Assembly (NCBI GenBank): GCA_037441385.1
Contig: JBBISH010000131.1
Coordinates: 1 to 16,749, forward strand
DNA length: 16,749 nt
Reading direction: 5' to 3'
Origin: Myxococcales bacterium
Lineage (GTDB): Bacteria > Myxococcota_A > UBA9042
The translations under genes and the position numbers were made by a program. Positions 7,468-16,749 of the stretch are shown here, one piece after another. Position 1 is the stretch's first letter. Each line of letters opens with the position of its first letter. The notes under the pieces were generated by a model. It saw nothing but the letters and a program-made list of their open reading frames with translations. It was not told the origin of the DNA and searched no databases.

Positions 7468-7499
7468 TTGACAAGCGATAAGCTCATCCAGTAAATAAT
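7468..7499 (+). promoter_or_regulatory. Candidate sigma-70-type promoter for the lipoprotein operon
   Basis: Perfect TTGACA at 7468-7473 followed after 18 bp by AT-rich TAAATAAT (7492-7499), unusual in this GC-rich DNA. The best -10 hexamer (AATAAT) sits at a suboptimal 20-bp spacing. Confidence 0.4.
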
Positions 7500-7714
7500 A
7501 CCTACGCGCTACCAGTGGGGGCTGGTGGACGTGGGGAACGACGCCGCGCGGTGGGGTTGGCAAACTCCAGACGCGCGCCGCAGCACTCCAGTAATCCTTA
7601 GGCATATTAGGCACATCCTTGTGTCCGCAGAGCCGCTAGGCCGGCCAGCGCATACGTTTGCGCGGACACCGAGGCGGGTCAAGGCGCGGCCATCCAGCCA
7701 CGAGGCGATTGGGC

Positions 7715-9754
7715 ATGAATCACGGACTCCTGTCGTTCTTGAACGACGCAACGCCAACGCGGGCCCGCGGCGCCGATCCACTCTCGTGGCGGCGAACGTT
7801 GGCTCTGGTCGTCGCCTCGCTGACGCTGCTGCACTGCGGGGGTGAGCCGGCCGGCGCGCCCGCCGATGCCGGCACCGGCTTGGACTCGACCCAGGGAGTG
7901 GACGGCGGTGCGGACGCCCCCTTGGCCGTGGACGCGAGCAAGAAGGACGGCAGCAGCAAGGACGTCAAGTACAGCGACGCCCAGCTGTTTCCAGACCTGC
8001 CCGCCAACACCTCGCCGACCGTGGAGTGGCTCACCCCGCTGGAAGGCGCGATGGTGCCGGCCGACACGCCGCTGGTGGCCACCGCGACCATCGCCGATGG
8101 CGAGAGCCCGCCGGCGGACCTGGGCTTGGCCATTACCGTCACGGATCTGCTCGGCGACAATGCCAAGCTTTTCAGCGAGAACGAAGGCCTGGTGGCGTTC
8201 AAGGTGCCGGGGCTGGCGGTGGGGCCGCACAAGCTGATCCTGAGCGTGACCGATGGCCAGGGCGGGATGGCGACGGCCGAGAGGACCGTAACCGCCGTGG
8301 CGCCGCTGCCCGAGCCCACGGTGACCATCAGCCCGGCCAAGCCGGTGGCCGGCGAGCCGCTGCACGCCACGGTGGAAGGGACGTGGCCGCCGGGCACCCA
8401 GGTGTCCGTGCAGTGGACCCGCAACGGCGAGCTGCTGCAGTGGGCGACCAGCCCCGACATCGCCGCGGGCGTGGTCGTGCGCGGCGAGGAGTGGCGCGTG
8501 TACGCCCAGGCGGTGGGCATTGGCACCGCATCGCCCGCAGTGCAGGCCGCGGTGGTCGTGGGCAACACGCCGCCTGGCGCGTTTTCGCTGGCCCTGGACC
8601 CCACCCAGGTCCACGTAGCCGGGAGCACGTGGTGCGGTCTGGCGGCGCCCAGCGTCGACGTCGACGGGGATCCAGTGGCCTACACGGTCCAGTGGGCCCT
8701 GGACGATGTGCCGCTCGCGGCGGACGTGACGGCCAGCCTGCTGGTGCTCGGGTTTGCCAAGGAAGGCAACTTCGCGGTCAACGTGCCGTGCAGCGTGGGG
8801 CAAGTGCTCACCTGCACCGTCACGGCCGACGACGCCCACGGCGGCACGGCCACCGCCAAGGTCAGCACCACGCTGGCGGCCAACCCGGCGTGCAGCACCG
8901 ACGCCAACCCGTGCAGCCCGGCCGCCGACTGCTCGCCCACGGCCACCGCCCCGGTCACCTGCACCTGCAAGCCCGGTTTCGCGGGCAACGGCATCGCCTG
9001 CGCCGACGTGGACGAGTGCGTCGACCTGGCCAACGCCTGCACTGCCGACGCCGTGTGCACCAACAGCGAGGGCAGCTACAGTTGCGCCTGCAAGCCCGGA
9101 TTCCAGGGCGACGGCAAGACCTGCAACGACATCGACGAATGTGCCGAAGTGCCAGGACCTTGCGCGCTCGCCGCCGACTGCACCAACACCGCCGGCAGCT
9201 ACACCTGCACCTGCAAGGGGGGCTACGCGGGCGATGGCTACTCGTGTACGAACGTCGACGAATGCGCCGTGGGCCTGGCGCAGTGCGCCACGACCGCCGT
9301 CTGCACGGACACCAACGGCAGCTACCTGTGCGCATGCACAAGCGGTTTCACGGGCGACGGCTCGACCTGCACCGACATCGACGAGTGCGCCAGCGTGGAG
9401 CTCGCCAACTGCGCCACCGAGGCGGTCTGTCTGAACCTGCCCGGCTGGCACACCTGCACCTGCAAGGACGGCTACGTTGGCAGCGGCGATGTCTGCGAAG
9501 ACGTGGACGAATGCGCCGCCGCCACCCCGGTGTGCAGCGCCAACGCGACCTGCACCAACAGCCCCGGCGACTACCAATGCGCCTGCAACCCGGGCTACGT
9601 GGGCGACGGCCTGCAGTGCGCCGACGTGGACGAATGTGCAACTGGCCAGGACAACTGCAGCATTTTCGCCAGCTGCACGAACAACGACGGCGGGTTCTCC
9701 TGTGAGTGCCAGCCGGGCTACGCCGGCGACGGTACCAACTGTGTGGCGCAATGA
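7715..9754 (+). CDS. Putative lipoprotein with Ig-like beta-sandwich region(s) and 7 tandem EGF modules, 679 aa
   Basis: GAGG upstream of ATG 7715; signal-like WRRTLALVVASLTLLH-C41-GG; NTSPT/NTPP-started beta-rich blocks (LTCTVTADDAHGG); C-terminal D[VI]DEC...CTN..GSY.C.C..GY.GDG..C repeats. Confidence 0.88.
   Translation: MNHGLLSFLNDATPTRARGADPLSWRRTLALVVASLTLLHCGGEPAGAPADAGTGLDSTQGVDGGADAPLAVDASKKDGSSKDVKYSDAQLFPDLPANTSPTVEWLTPLEGAMVPADTPLVATATIADGESPPADLGLAITVTDLLGDNAKLFSENEGLVAFKVPGLAVGPHKLILSVTDGQGGMATAERTVTAVAPLPEPTVTISPAKPVAGEPLHATVEGTWPPGTQVSVQWTRNGELLQWATSPDIAAGVVVRGEEWRVYAQAVGIGTASPAVQAAVVVGNTPPGAFSLALDPTQVHVAGSTWCGLAAPSVDVDGDPVAYTVQWALDDVPLAADVTASLLVLGFAKEGNFAVNVPCSVGQVLTCTVTADDAHGGTATAKVSTTLAANPACSTDANPCSPAADCSPTATAPVTCTCKPGFAGNGIACADVDECVDLANACTADAVCTNSEGSYSCACKPGFQGDGKTCNDIDECAEVPGPCALAADCTNTAGSYTCTCKGGYAGDGYSCTNVDECAVGLAQCATTAVCTDTNGSYLCACTSGFTGDGSTCTDIDECASVELANCATEAVCLNLPGWHTCTCKDGYVGSGDVCEDVDECAAATPVCSANATCTNSPGDYQCACNPGYVGDGLQCADVDECATGQDNCSIFASCTNNDGGFSCECQPGYAGDGTNCVAQ
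8891..9742 (+). repeat. Seven EGF-like repeats (six with calcium-binding [DN]-[VI]-D-E-C consensus), ~123-bp period
   Basis: Six-Cys modules counted in the translation; modules 2-7 start DVDEC, DIDEC, NVDEC, DIDEC, DVDEC, DVDEC. Confidence 0.9.
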
Positions 9755-9762
9755 GGTGGGGC

Positions 9763-12700
9763 ATGACCAGCGGCTTTTCTTTTGGAGTCCGGCCCCTTGC
9801 GGTGGCCATGCTGCTTTTGTTCGCCTCGGCCTGTGGCGATGGCGCGTCGAGCGCGCGAGTCACCGCGCCGGCCGATGCCCACGGCGACGCACCCACGGGT
9901 GACCTGGCGACGGGCGACTTGGGCAGTGCGGACGCGAGCGGCGACGTCGCGGTGCACCTGCCGGGCACGCCCACCGACGTGTCGATCGACTACCTGGCGG
10001 CCGGCCAGCTGAAGATGACCCCCGCCCAGCAAAAGGCGGCGATCGACAAGCTGAAGGCGGGCGGCGAGTTCATCGATGTCCACCTGCGCCCCGAAGTCGT
10101 GATGCTGGACGCCAAGGTCACGGACCAAGCCGTGGTGCTGCCGGATCAGATCCGCCTGCCCAAGGCCGGCAACGAGGCCTTGCTGCAGCTCAAGCCCGGC
10201 GCGCCGATGATCGGCAATCGCTCGGCGTCGGGCAACAACCCGTTCGGTTTCTTGCGCAAGGTCACGTCGGTGCAAGAGATCGGCGGCGAGATCGTCATCG
10301 AGACCAGCAAGGCCAAGTTCTACGAGGTGCTGTCGGGCGCCATGGCGATGAAGATCGACGCCGACGACCTGCAGCTGCTCGACACTTCGGGGGTGGACGA
10401 AGGCATGTACTTTGCGGGCATGGACGGCAAGTTGAAGCCCAGCCCTGCTGGGAGCCGCCGGCGGGCGCGCTGGGGCCGCTTCCGCGCACCGCTGCAGGAC
10501 TTGGACGCCGACGTGACCTACACCGGCGACTGGAGCGCCAGCGCCTCGTTCAACGCGCTGACGTTCTCCAAGAGTGTCTCCGCCGGCAAGGCCACCCTGA
10601 CGCTGAGCGGCACGGCGAGCGCGACCAGCAATTTCTCGTTCAAGCCCTCGTTCTACCTGCAGATGGGCGTGGACTGGTTCGACTTCGAGTATTTGAACGT
10701 GGGCGCTTCTGGCCAGCTCGACCTGGGCGGCGTCATCGACGTCAACCTGCAACTGGCCCTGAGTGGCGCGGTAGACACCAGCAAGGACGCTTCGGATGCC
10801 AAGGACTCGCTCAAGAAGTCTCCGTCCAAACCCGACAAGAAATCGTTCGAGATCGCCGAGCTGGGCCCCTTCGTCGGGCCGACCATCCCGACCCCCATCC
10901 CGATTCCGACCACATTCAAGATCAGCATCATCGCCGACTGCTCCTTCACCATTTATGGCGACCTCCAGTCCAAGATCGAGGGGACGGTGTCGACCAGCGC
11001 CGGCTTTGGCGTCAAGTACGAAGACCCCGACTCGTGCGACTCGGACGACGACTGCTGGACGACGTGCGTGAACGGCGTCTGCGGCGTGGGCGGCGACGGC
11101 TGGACCCTGACGTCGGCGGCCACCTGGAACACCACCAAGACGGTCTCGTTGACCCTGGGCGGCGGCGTCATCGCCGAGTGCGGGGTCACGCCGCAGATCG
11201 AGTGGCTGCTGGCCGACGTCGCGGGACCTTCGATCGGGGTCCGCGGGGCGGTGCGCGGCACCCTGGACTATGCGAGCACGTGCCCCGACTCGACCACGAT
11301 GCTGACTTCGCAGAAGCCCGACGGGGCAACCACACTGACGTTCGAAGTCGGCGTGGACATCGTCATCGGCGCAACGATCGATTTTCTGGTCACGGAGTTC
11401 AACTTCTCGTTCACCGTCTACGAGAAATTCTGGACGATCTGGACCAACACCTGGAATTTCATCGGCGGCGGGTTGGGCTGGTGCCAGGCCGGCTGCGACA
11501 ACGGCTACAAGAACAACCAGGAGACCGACGTCGACTGCGGCGGCTATGTGTGCAATGCCTGCGCCGAGGGCAAGGGCTGCAATTTCAACGGAGACTGTGC
11601 AACGTTCAATTGCACGAGCGGCAAGTGCGGCCCAAAACTGTGCGGCAACGGCGTCTTGGATGGCAAAGAGACGGACCTCGACTGCGGCGGGCCGGCGTGC
11701 TCGATCAAGTGTGGCCTGGGCAAGACCTGCGAGGACAACTCGGACTGCGGCAAGGACTCGACGGGCAAGGCATTGGGTTGCCACCTCACCGTTCCCGGTA
11801 ACCTTTCGATCGGCATGTCGTCCAAGGGCACTTGCCAAGTTCCGACCTGCACGGACTTGTGGACGGGACCCGGCGAGACCAGCGTTGACTGTGGTAGCGG
11901 GTGCCTCTGCCCGGGCAAGCTGTCTTGCCAAAGTAGCTATCAGTGCCTGTCGACTCAGCAATGCTACTACGACGAAAAGCTGGCAAAGAACTACTGTGTG
12001 CCTACGATCAGCGCGGCCTGCTACGGCCAGGCCAACGGCTACAAGGACGGCGACGAGACCGACGTCGACTGCGGCGGCAGTTGTGTCGGTGCGATCAGCA
12101 ACTTGATGCTGTGCGGCCGGGACAACCAGGACATGGAAGTGTGCGGTCCGCAGATGTTCAAGTGCGCCATTGGCGGCGCCTGCAAGACAAGCCTGGACTG
12201 CAAGTCGGGGGCGTGCAACAGCACAACCAAGAAATGCACCGACAAATGCACGGACGGGGTCTTCTCTCCCGACACCGGCGAAACGGATGTCGACTGCGGC
12301 GGTTCGTGCGCAACCAAGTGCGCGACCAGCAAACACTGTAAGATCACTGCGGACTGCGCCGCCGGCTTGGTCTGCACCGGATCACCGTCCACGTGCCAGG
12401 TCTCGCTGTTGACCAATAGCATCAAAGACGGCGACGAGACCGACGTCGACTGCGGCGGCACCAACCCGGCCAAGTGCGCGCTGACCAAGGCCTGCAAGGT
12501 CGACGGCGACTGCGGGAGCGGCATCTGCTCGGTCGGCCTGTTGTGCGTGGACTCGATCTGTAAGAACGGCAAGCTGGACCGCGCCAGCGGCCACAAAGAA
12601 GGCTATATCGACTGCGGCGGCGACTGCCCGGCGTGCGCGATCGGTTCGCCCTGCTACCCCAGCGGCAACGCGCTGTACGTGGCCGACGAGTGCCCGACCG

Positions 12701-15700
12701 GTACCGCCTGCGTGCCTGCGGTGGTGGGCGGCGTCGCCTCGACCACGACCGGCACGTGCGCCGCGGCCAGCTGCACCGACGGCGTGAAGAACGGCGCCGA
12801 GGCGGACATCGACTGCGGCGACGCATTGGGCAAGTGTCCGCCCTGCGGCCTTGGCAAGGGCTGTATCGACAACGAAGCCGATACTGCCTATTCCAAGACG
12901 TGCAAGCAAACCGCCGGCAGCCCCCTGGCCTGCGTCCCGGACGGACCTACCTGCCAGCCCGCGTGCGCCGACGGCGTCAAGACCCTGAAAGAGTCCGACA
13001 TCGACTGCGGCGGCCCGCTGCGCTACTGCGCCACCCGCTGTGCGTTGGGCAAGGGCTGCGACGCCAGCACCGACTGCGCCTCGGGCATTTGCGCGTTTGG
13101 CAAGTGCGCGACCTCGACGTGCCCCAACGGGACGCAGGATGGCACGGAGGCCGACGTCGACTGCGGCGCACCCACCTACAAGTGCGACCCCTTCTGCAAG
13201 TCGAGCCCCACGAAACCCTGCGCGAATGACTGCTCGACGTGCAACAAACGCTGCGGGGTCGGCAAGAAGTGCCTGATCGGCGCCGACTGCGAGAGCGGCT
13301 TTTGCTCCACCGACGGAAAATGCGTCGCGACGGAATGCGAGACCGGTTCGGCCTGCGGCGGTGCGTGCCCCAAGTGCGGGACAGGCAAGCCATGCACTAC
13401 GGGCGATCAGTGCCTTTCGGGCGTGTGCCAGAAGAACGGCCTGTGTGGGCCCTCGTGCTCGGATGGCCTGCAGAACGGCGACGAGGGCGACATCGATTGC
13501 GGCGGCGCGTGCCCCACGAGCTGCGCCATCGGCAAGACCTGCAACAAGCACGCAGACTGCAGCTCCGGCTCATGCAGCTCCAAAGGATTCTGCATCAACC
13601 CGTCGTGCAGCAACGGCGAGTGGGACCCGATGGAAGCGGGCATCGACTGCGGCGGCCTGGCCTGCAAGCAGGCGTGTCCGGCGCAGTCGACCTGTCAGAA
13701 GGACAGCGACTGTCTGTCTGGCAAGTGCGACGCGAACCTCCATGTTTGCCTCATGCCGTCCTCTTGCAACGACAGCAAACTGGACGGCAATGAGACAGGG
13801 ACCGACTGCGGCGGGGTGTGCCTGGGCTGCGCCGTCGGCGTGGCCTGCGCGGTCAACACGGACTGCATAAGCCACAGTTGCGTGGGCGCGTCGGGGTCCG
13901 GCTCCAAGACGGTCCTCGGCAAGTGCGGCAACGCCCCGGCGGTCTCCTGCACAGACAAAGTGGTCAACGGCAGCGAAACCGACATCGACTGCGGCGGCAC
14001 CTGCACCACCAAGTGCGTATCCGGCAAGAAGTGCCTGATTTCAGCTGATTGCACGTCGGGCCTGGGCTGCGACCCGGGTACCCACAAGTGCTCGTCAAGC
14101 ACCTGCGCCGACGGCGTCAAGAGCGGCGACGAGTCCGACGTGGACTGCGGCGGCTCGTGCGTGGCCAGGTGTGGAGTCGGCAAGGTCTGCACCGTGGAGT
14201 TCGACTGCAAAAGCAACTTCTGCAACATGACCACCGGCAAGTGTGCCGCCGATGCGTGCTCGGACGGCGTCCTGTCCCTAGGCGAGGCGGACGTGGACTG
14301 CGGCGGCAAGTGCGCCAAGTGCGCAACCGGCCAAAAGTGCCAGGCGGGCGAGGCTTGCGCGTCTGGCTTCTGCCACGCGACCCTCAAGACGTGCGCGGCT
14401 GGATCGTGCGGCGACGGTGCAGTGGACATCACCGAGACCGACATCGACTGCGGCGGCTCGACCTCGACTTGCAGCACCCGCTGCCTCGTGGGTCAGATCT
14501 GCAAGCTAGACTCGGACTGCCTTTACAATTCGTGCCTGAGTGGCAAGTGCTCCAACGCGTTCTGCAGCAATGGCAAGCTCGATGTGGCCAACCTGGAGAC
14601 GGGGACCGACTGCGGCGGCATCTGCACGGCCTGCGCCGACGGCCAGAAGTGCACAGTGAGCACGGACTGCAAGTCGGGCCTGTGCAGCGCCGGGCTGTGC
14701 AAGAACGTGACCTGCTACGACAAAGTGAAAAGCGCAGGCGAAACCGACGTAGACTGCGGCGGCACCTGCGTGACCAAGTGCGCGACCGGCAAGGCGTGCA
14801 CCATTGGCGCCGACTGCATCAGCACGACGTGCTCGTCGGTCAGCAAGCTGTGCGTGGCCGGCGCGTGCAGCGATCAAGCGCTGTCGCCCGGCGAGACCGA
14901 CATCGACTGCGGCGGCACCACCTGCACGCAGAAGTGCGCCACCAACCAAAACTGCAAGGCCGACACGGACTGCACCAGCGGCATCTGCTCGGTGGCGGGC
15001 AAGTGCGTCACGACCACCTGCGCCGACGGCAAGAAATCCGGCACCGAGACCGACATCGACTGCGGCGGCACCTGCGGCAAGTGCGCCACCAGCAAGCTCT
15101 GCAAGCTGGGCGGCGACTGCCAGAGCGGCATCTGCTCGCTGGGCGGCCTGTGCGTGGCCAGCCTGTGCGAAGACGGCAAGGTCTCGGGCGGCGAGACGGG
15201 CGTGGACTGCGGCGGCGGTTGCCCCAATAAGTGCAAGAACGGCGAGGCATGCGGCGGCACGGGCGATTGCCAGAGCGGGATCTGCTCGGCCAGCAACCTG
15301 TGCGTCGACTCCATGTGCAAAGACGGCGTGATCTCGGGCGGCGAGAGCGACGTGGACTGCGGCGGCCCGTGCGCCCAGAAGTGCGCCACGGCGGCCCTGT
15401 GCAAGCTCGACACCGACTGCGCGAGCGGCGCGTGCGGCGCCAACGGCAAGTGCGCGACCAGCGCCTGCAGCGACGGCAAGCTCGACGGCGCCGAGACCGA
15501 CATCGACTGCGCCGGCGGCTGCCCGGACACGTGCGCCCTGTCCAAGGCCTGCAAGGCCGGCAGCGATTGCCAAAGCGGCGTATGCTCCACCACCGGCAAG
15601 TGCGTCGCCACCACGTGCGAAGACGGCAAGCAGAACGGCACCGAGACCGGCCTTGACTGCGGCGGCGCGTGCCCAACGGGCTGCAGCGTCGGCGGCGGTT

Positions 15701-16749
15701 GCGCGGCGGGCAGCGACTGCCAGAGCGGCCAGTGCGGCGTTGCCGGCAAATGTGTCGCCACGGCCTGCGAAAATGGCAAGAAGGACGGCAGCGAGTCGGC
15801 CATCGACTGCGGCGGGTCGTGCCCAACGGCGTGCGCCGATGGCCAGACCTGCGTCGCCGGAGCTGATTGCGCGTCGACCGTGTGCGCGGCCGTGTCCAAG
15901 ATCTGCGTCGCCACCACCTGCAAAGACGAGGTCAAGTCCGGCACCGAGAGCGACGTGGACTGCGGCGGCACCTGCACGGCCAAGTGCAGCGGCGGCAAGG
16001 CGTGTCAGGTGAACACCGACTGCATCTCGGCCCAGTGCGGCACAGGCAACCTGTGCGTCGCCTCGGCGTGCGACAACGGCAAGCTCGACGCGGGCGAAAC
16101 GGACATCGACTGCGGCGGCCCGACCTGCGGCGCCTGTGCGCTGACCAAGGCGTGCGCGGCCGGCAGCGACTGCCTGAGCAGCGTCTGCTCGGCCGGCCTG
16201 AAGTGCGTCGCCAACACCTGCCTGGACGGCAAGAAGGGGGTCGGCGAGACCGACGTGGACTGCGGCGGCACCTGCGCGGCCAAGTGCGGGTTGACCCAGG
16301 GCTGCGGCGTGGGCGGCGACTGCGCCAGCGGCATCTGCAGTGCGGGCAAGGCTTGCGTGGCCAGCTTGTGCCTGGACGGGGCCAAGACCGGCGACGAGAG
16401 CGACGTGGACTGCGGCGGCAGCTGCACCAGCAAGTGCGCCACCGGCAAGATCTGCGGCCAAGACACCGACTGCACCTCGACCTTCTGCGCGGCCCAGAGC
16501 CTGCTGTGTGTGGCCAATGGCTGCCTGGATCAAGCGGTTTCGGGCACCGAGAGCGACGTGGACTGCGGCGGCAGCTGCAGCACCAAGTGCGCGCAAGGCA
16601 AGAAGTGCAAGGCCACCAGCGACTGCGCAACCGGAGTCTGCAACGCGCTGGGCGTGTGCGCGGCGAACCTGTGCGGCGACGGCGTCAAGAACGGCACCGA
16701 GACCGACATCGACTGCGGCGGCAGCTGTGCGCAAAAGTGCGCGACCACC
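9763..16749 (+). CDS. Giant cysteine-repeat lipoprotein (>=2,329 aa, 3'-truncated): lipobox, beta-rich N-terminal domain, >=33 'ETDVDCGG' 8-Cys repeats
   Basis: Frame +1 translated by hand has no stop from 9751 to the window end. Start is ATG 9763 (GAGGT 5 nt upstream) or ATG 9751 (ATGA overlap with the upstream stop). Signal: [24 protein letters not shown]24-GD. Absent from the ORF track because it has no stop in the window; the ORFs listed here are off-frame or antisense shadows. Confidence 0.92.
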   Translation, partial: MTSGFSFGVRPLAVAMLLLFASACGDGASSARVTAPADAHGDAPTGDLATGDLGSADASGDVAVHLPGTPTDVSIDYLAAGQLKMTPAQQKAAIDKLKAGGEFIDVHLRPEVVMLDAKVTDQAVVLPDQIRLPKAGNEALLQLKPGAPMIGNRSASGNNPFGFLRKVTSVQEIGGEIVIETSKAKFYEVLSGAMAMKIDADDLQLLDTSGVDEGMYFAGMDGKLKPSPAGSRRRARWGRFRAPLQDLDADVTYTGDWSASASFNALTFSKSVSAGKATLTLSGTASATSNFSFKPSFYLQMGVDWFDFEYLNVGASGQLDLGGVIDVNLQLALSGAVDTSKDASDAKDSLKKSPSKPDKKSFEIAELGPFVGPTIPTPIPIPTTFKISIIADCSFTIYGDLQSKIEGTVSTSAGFGVKYEDPDSCDSDDDCWTTCVNGVCGVGGDGWTLTSAATWNTTKTVSLTLGGGVIAECGVTPQIEWLLADVAGPSIGVRGAVRGTLDYASTCPDSTTMLTSQKPDGATTLTFEVGVDIVIGATIDFLVTEFNFSFTVYEKFWTIWTNTWNFIGGGLGWCQAGCDNGYKNNQETDVDCGGYVCNACAEGKGCNFNGDCATFNCTSGKCGPKLCGNGVLDGKETDLDCGGPACSIKCGLGKTCEDNSDCGKDSTGKALGCHLTVPGNLSIGMSSKGTCQVPTCTDLWTGPGETSVDCGSGCLCPGKLSCQSSYQCLSTQQCYYDEKLAKNYCVPTISAACYGQANGYKDGDETDVDCGGSCVGAISNLMLCGRDNQDMEVCGPQMFKCAIGGACKTSLDCKSGACNSTTKKCTDKCTDGVFSPDTGETDVDCGGSCATKCATSKHCKITADCAAGLVCTGSPSTCQVSLLTNSIKDGDETDVDCGGTNPAKCALTKACKVDGDCGSGICSVGLLCVDSICKNGKLDRASGHKEGYIDCGGDCPACAIGSPCYPSGNALYVADECPTGTACVPAVVGGVASTTTGTCAAASCTDGVKNGAEADIDCGDALGKCPPCGLGKGCIDNEADTAYSKTCKQTAGSPLACVPDGPTCQPACADGVKTLKESDIDCGGPLRYCATRCALGKGCDASTDCASGICAFGKCATSTCPNGTQDGTEADVDCGAPTYKCDPFCKSSPTKPCANDCSTCNKRCGVGKKCLIGADCESGFCSTDGKCVATECETGSACGGACPKCGTGKPCTTGDQCLSGVCQKNGLCGPSCSDGLQNGDEGDIDCGGACPTSCAIGKTCNKHADCSSGSCSSKGFCINPSCSNGEWDPMEAGIDCGGLACKQACPAQSTCQKDSDCLSGKCDANLHVCLMPSSCNDSKLDGNETGTDCGGVCLGCAVGVACAVNTDCISHSCVGASGSGSKTVLGKCGNAPAVSCTDKVVNGSETDIDCGGTCTTKCVSGKKCLISADCTSGLGCDPGTHKCSSSTCADGVKSGDESDVDCGGSCVARCGVGKVCTVEFDCKSNFCNMTTGKCAADACSDGVLSLGEADVDCGGKCAKCATGQKCQAGEACASGFCHATLKTCAAGSCGDGAVDITETDIDCGGSTSTCSTRCLVGQICKLDSDCLYNSCLSGKCSNAFCSNGKLDVANLETGTDCGGICTACADGQKCTVSTDCKSGLCSAGLCKNVTCYDKVKSAGETDVDCGGTCVTKCATGKACTIGADCISTTCSSVSKLCVAGACSDQALSPGETDIDCGGTTCTQKCATNQNCKADTDCTSGICSVAGKCVTTTCADGKKSGTETDIDCGGTCGKCATSKLCKLGGDCQSGICSLGGLCVASLCEDGKVSGGETGVDCGGGCPNKCKNGEACGGTGDCQSGICSASNLCVDSMCKDGVISGGESDVDCGGPCAQKCATAALCKLDTDCASGACGANGKCATSACSDGKLDGAETDIDCAGGCPDTCALSKACKAGSDCQSGVCSTTGKCVATTCEDGKQNGTETGLDCGGACPTGCSVGGGCAAGSDCQSGQCGVAGKCVATACENGKKDGSESAIDCGGSCPTACADGQTCVAGADCASTVCAAVSKICVATTCKDEVKSGTESDVDCGGTCTAKCSGGKACQVNTDCISAQCGTGNLCVASACDNGKLDAGETDIDCGGPTCGACALTKACAAGSDCLSSVCSAGLKCVANTCLDGKKGVGETDVDCGGTCAAKCGLTQGCGVGGDCASGICSAGKACVASLCLDGAKTGDESDVDCGGSCTSKCATGKICGQDTDCTSTFCAAQSLLCVANGCLDQAVSGTESDVDCGGSCSTKCAQGKKCKATSDCATGVCNALGVCAANLCGDGVKNGTETDIDCGGSCAQKCATT
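11494..16749 (+). repeat. Tandem array of ~50-aa Cys-rich units, consensus CxDGxKxGxETD[VI]DCGGxCxxKCxxGKxCxxxxDCxSGxCxxxxxC
   Basis: 33 CG[GSDA]/CAG-centred units counted (last one partial). In the distal part the DCGG cysteine codon recurs at 15208, 15358, 15508, 15658, 15808, 15961, 16111, 16261, 16411, 16564 and 16714 (150-153 bp period). Confidence 0.93.

Noticed and set aside
7024..7845. Small ORFs in the 7.0-7.7 kb spacer, and 1237..1906 in the left spacer
   Set aside because: No recognisable motifs, atypical codon usage, weak starts and mutual overlaps.
152..16734. Long alternative-frame and antisense ORFs (152..1321, 1792..3078, 2954..5020, 4755..6488, 5900..7060, 7679..9751, 8026..9705, 9718..12336, 12382..13551, 14506..16734 and others)
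   Set aside because: They overlap genes with clear motifs and show the Arg/Ala/Gly-rich or mirrored-repeat composition expected of shadow frames in high-GC DNA.
11494..16749. Recurring GAGACCGACATCGACTGCGGCGGC-like nucleotide motif resembling a CRISPR array
   Set aside because: Period is ~150 bp, copies vary at synonymous positions, the intervening DNA is itself repetitive and in frame, and no cas genes are present: it is a protein repeat.

Overview
GC-rich bacterial DNA. Three large cysteine-repeat lipoprotein genes suggest a Myxococcota-like host (inference). Left to right: (1) a Cys-rich repeat lipoprotein on the minus strand running off the left edge, absent from the ORF track; (2) a ~550-bp intergenic region holding a 29-bp imperfect inverted repeat and several hairpins; (3) a minus-strand hypothetical protein with an acidic tract and an Arg/Lys tail; (4) a tightly coupled plus-strand three-gene operon encoding a full two-domain 4-fluorothreonine transaldolase (FTase/FlFT)-like enzyme (SHMT-like PLP domain plus class II aldolase metal domain), a eukaryote-type PLP L-serine/L-threonine dehydratase, and a divergent HemY-like FAD oxidoreductase; (5) a ~720-bp regulatory spacer; (6) a lipoprotein with 7 EGF modules, followed immediately by a giant lipoprotein (>2,300 aa, open at the right edge, also absent from the ORF track) with a beta-rich N-terminal domain and at least 33 copies of a ~50-aa 8-Cys 'ETDVDCGG' repeat. 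The most notable item is the FTase-like gene: it has no fluorinase or known fluorothreonine-resistance genes in the window and is translationally coupled to a dehydratase, suggesting an undescribed aldehyde-capture/(halo)threonine-degradation or beta-hydroxy-amino-acid pathway. All family assignments come from motif reading and recall; no database search was run.
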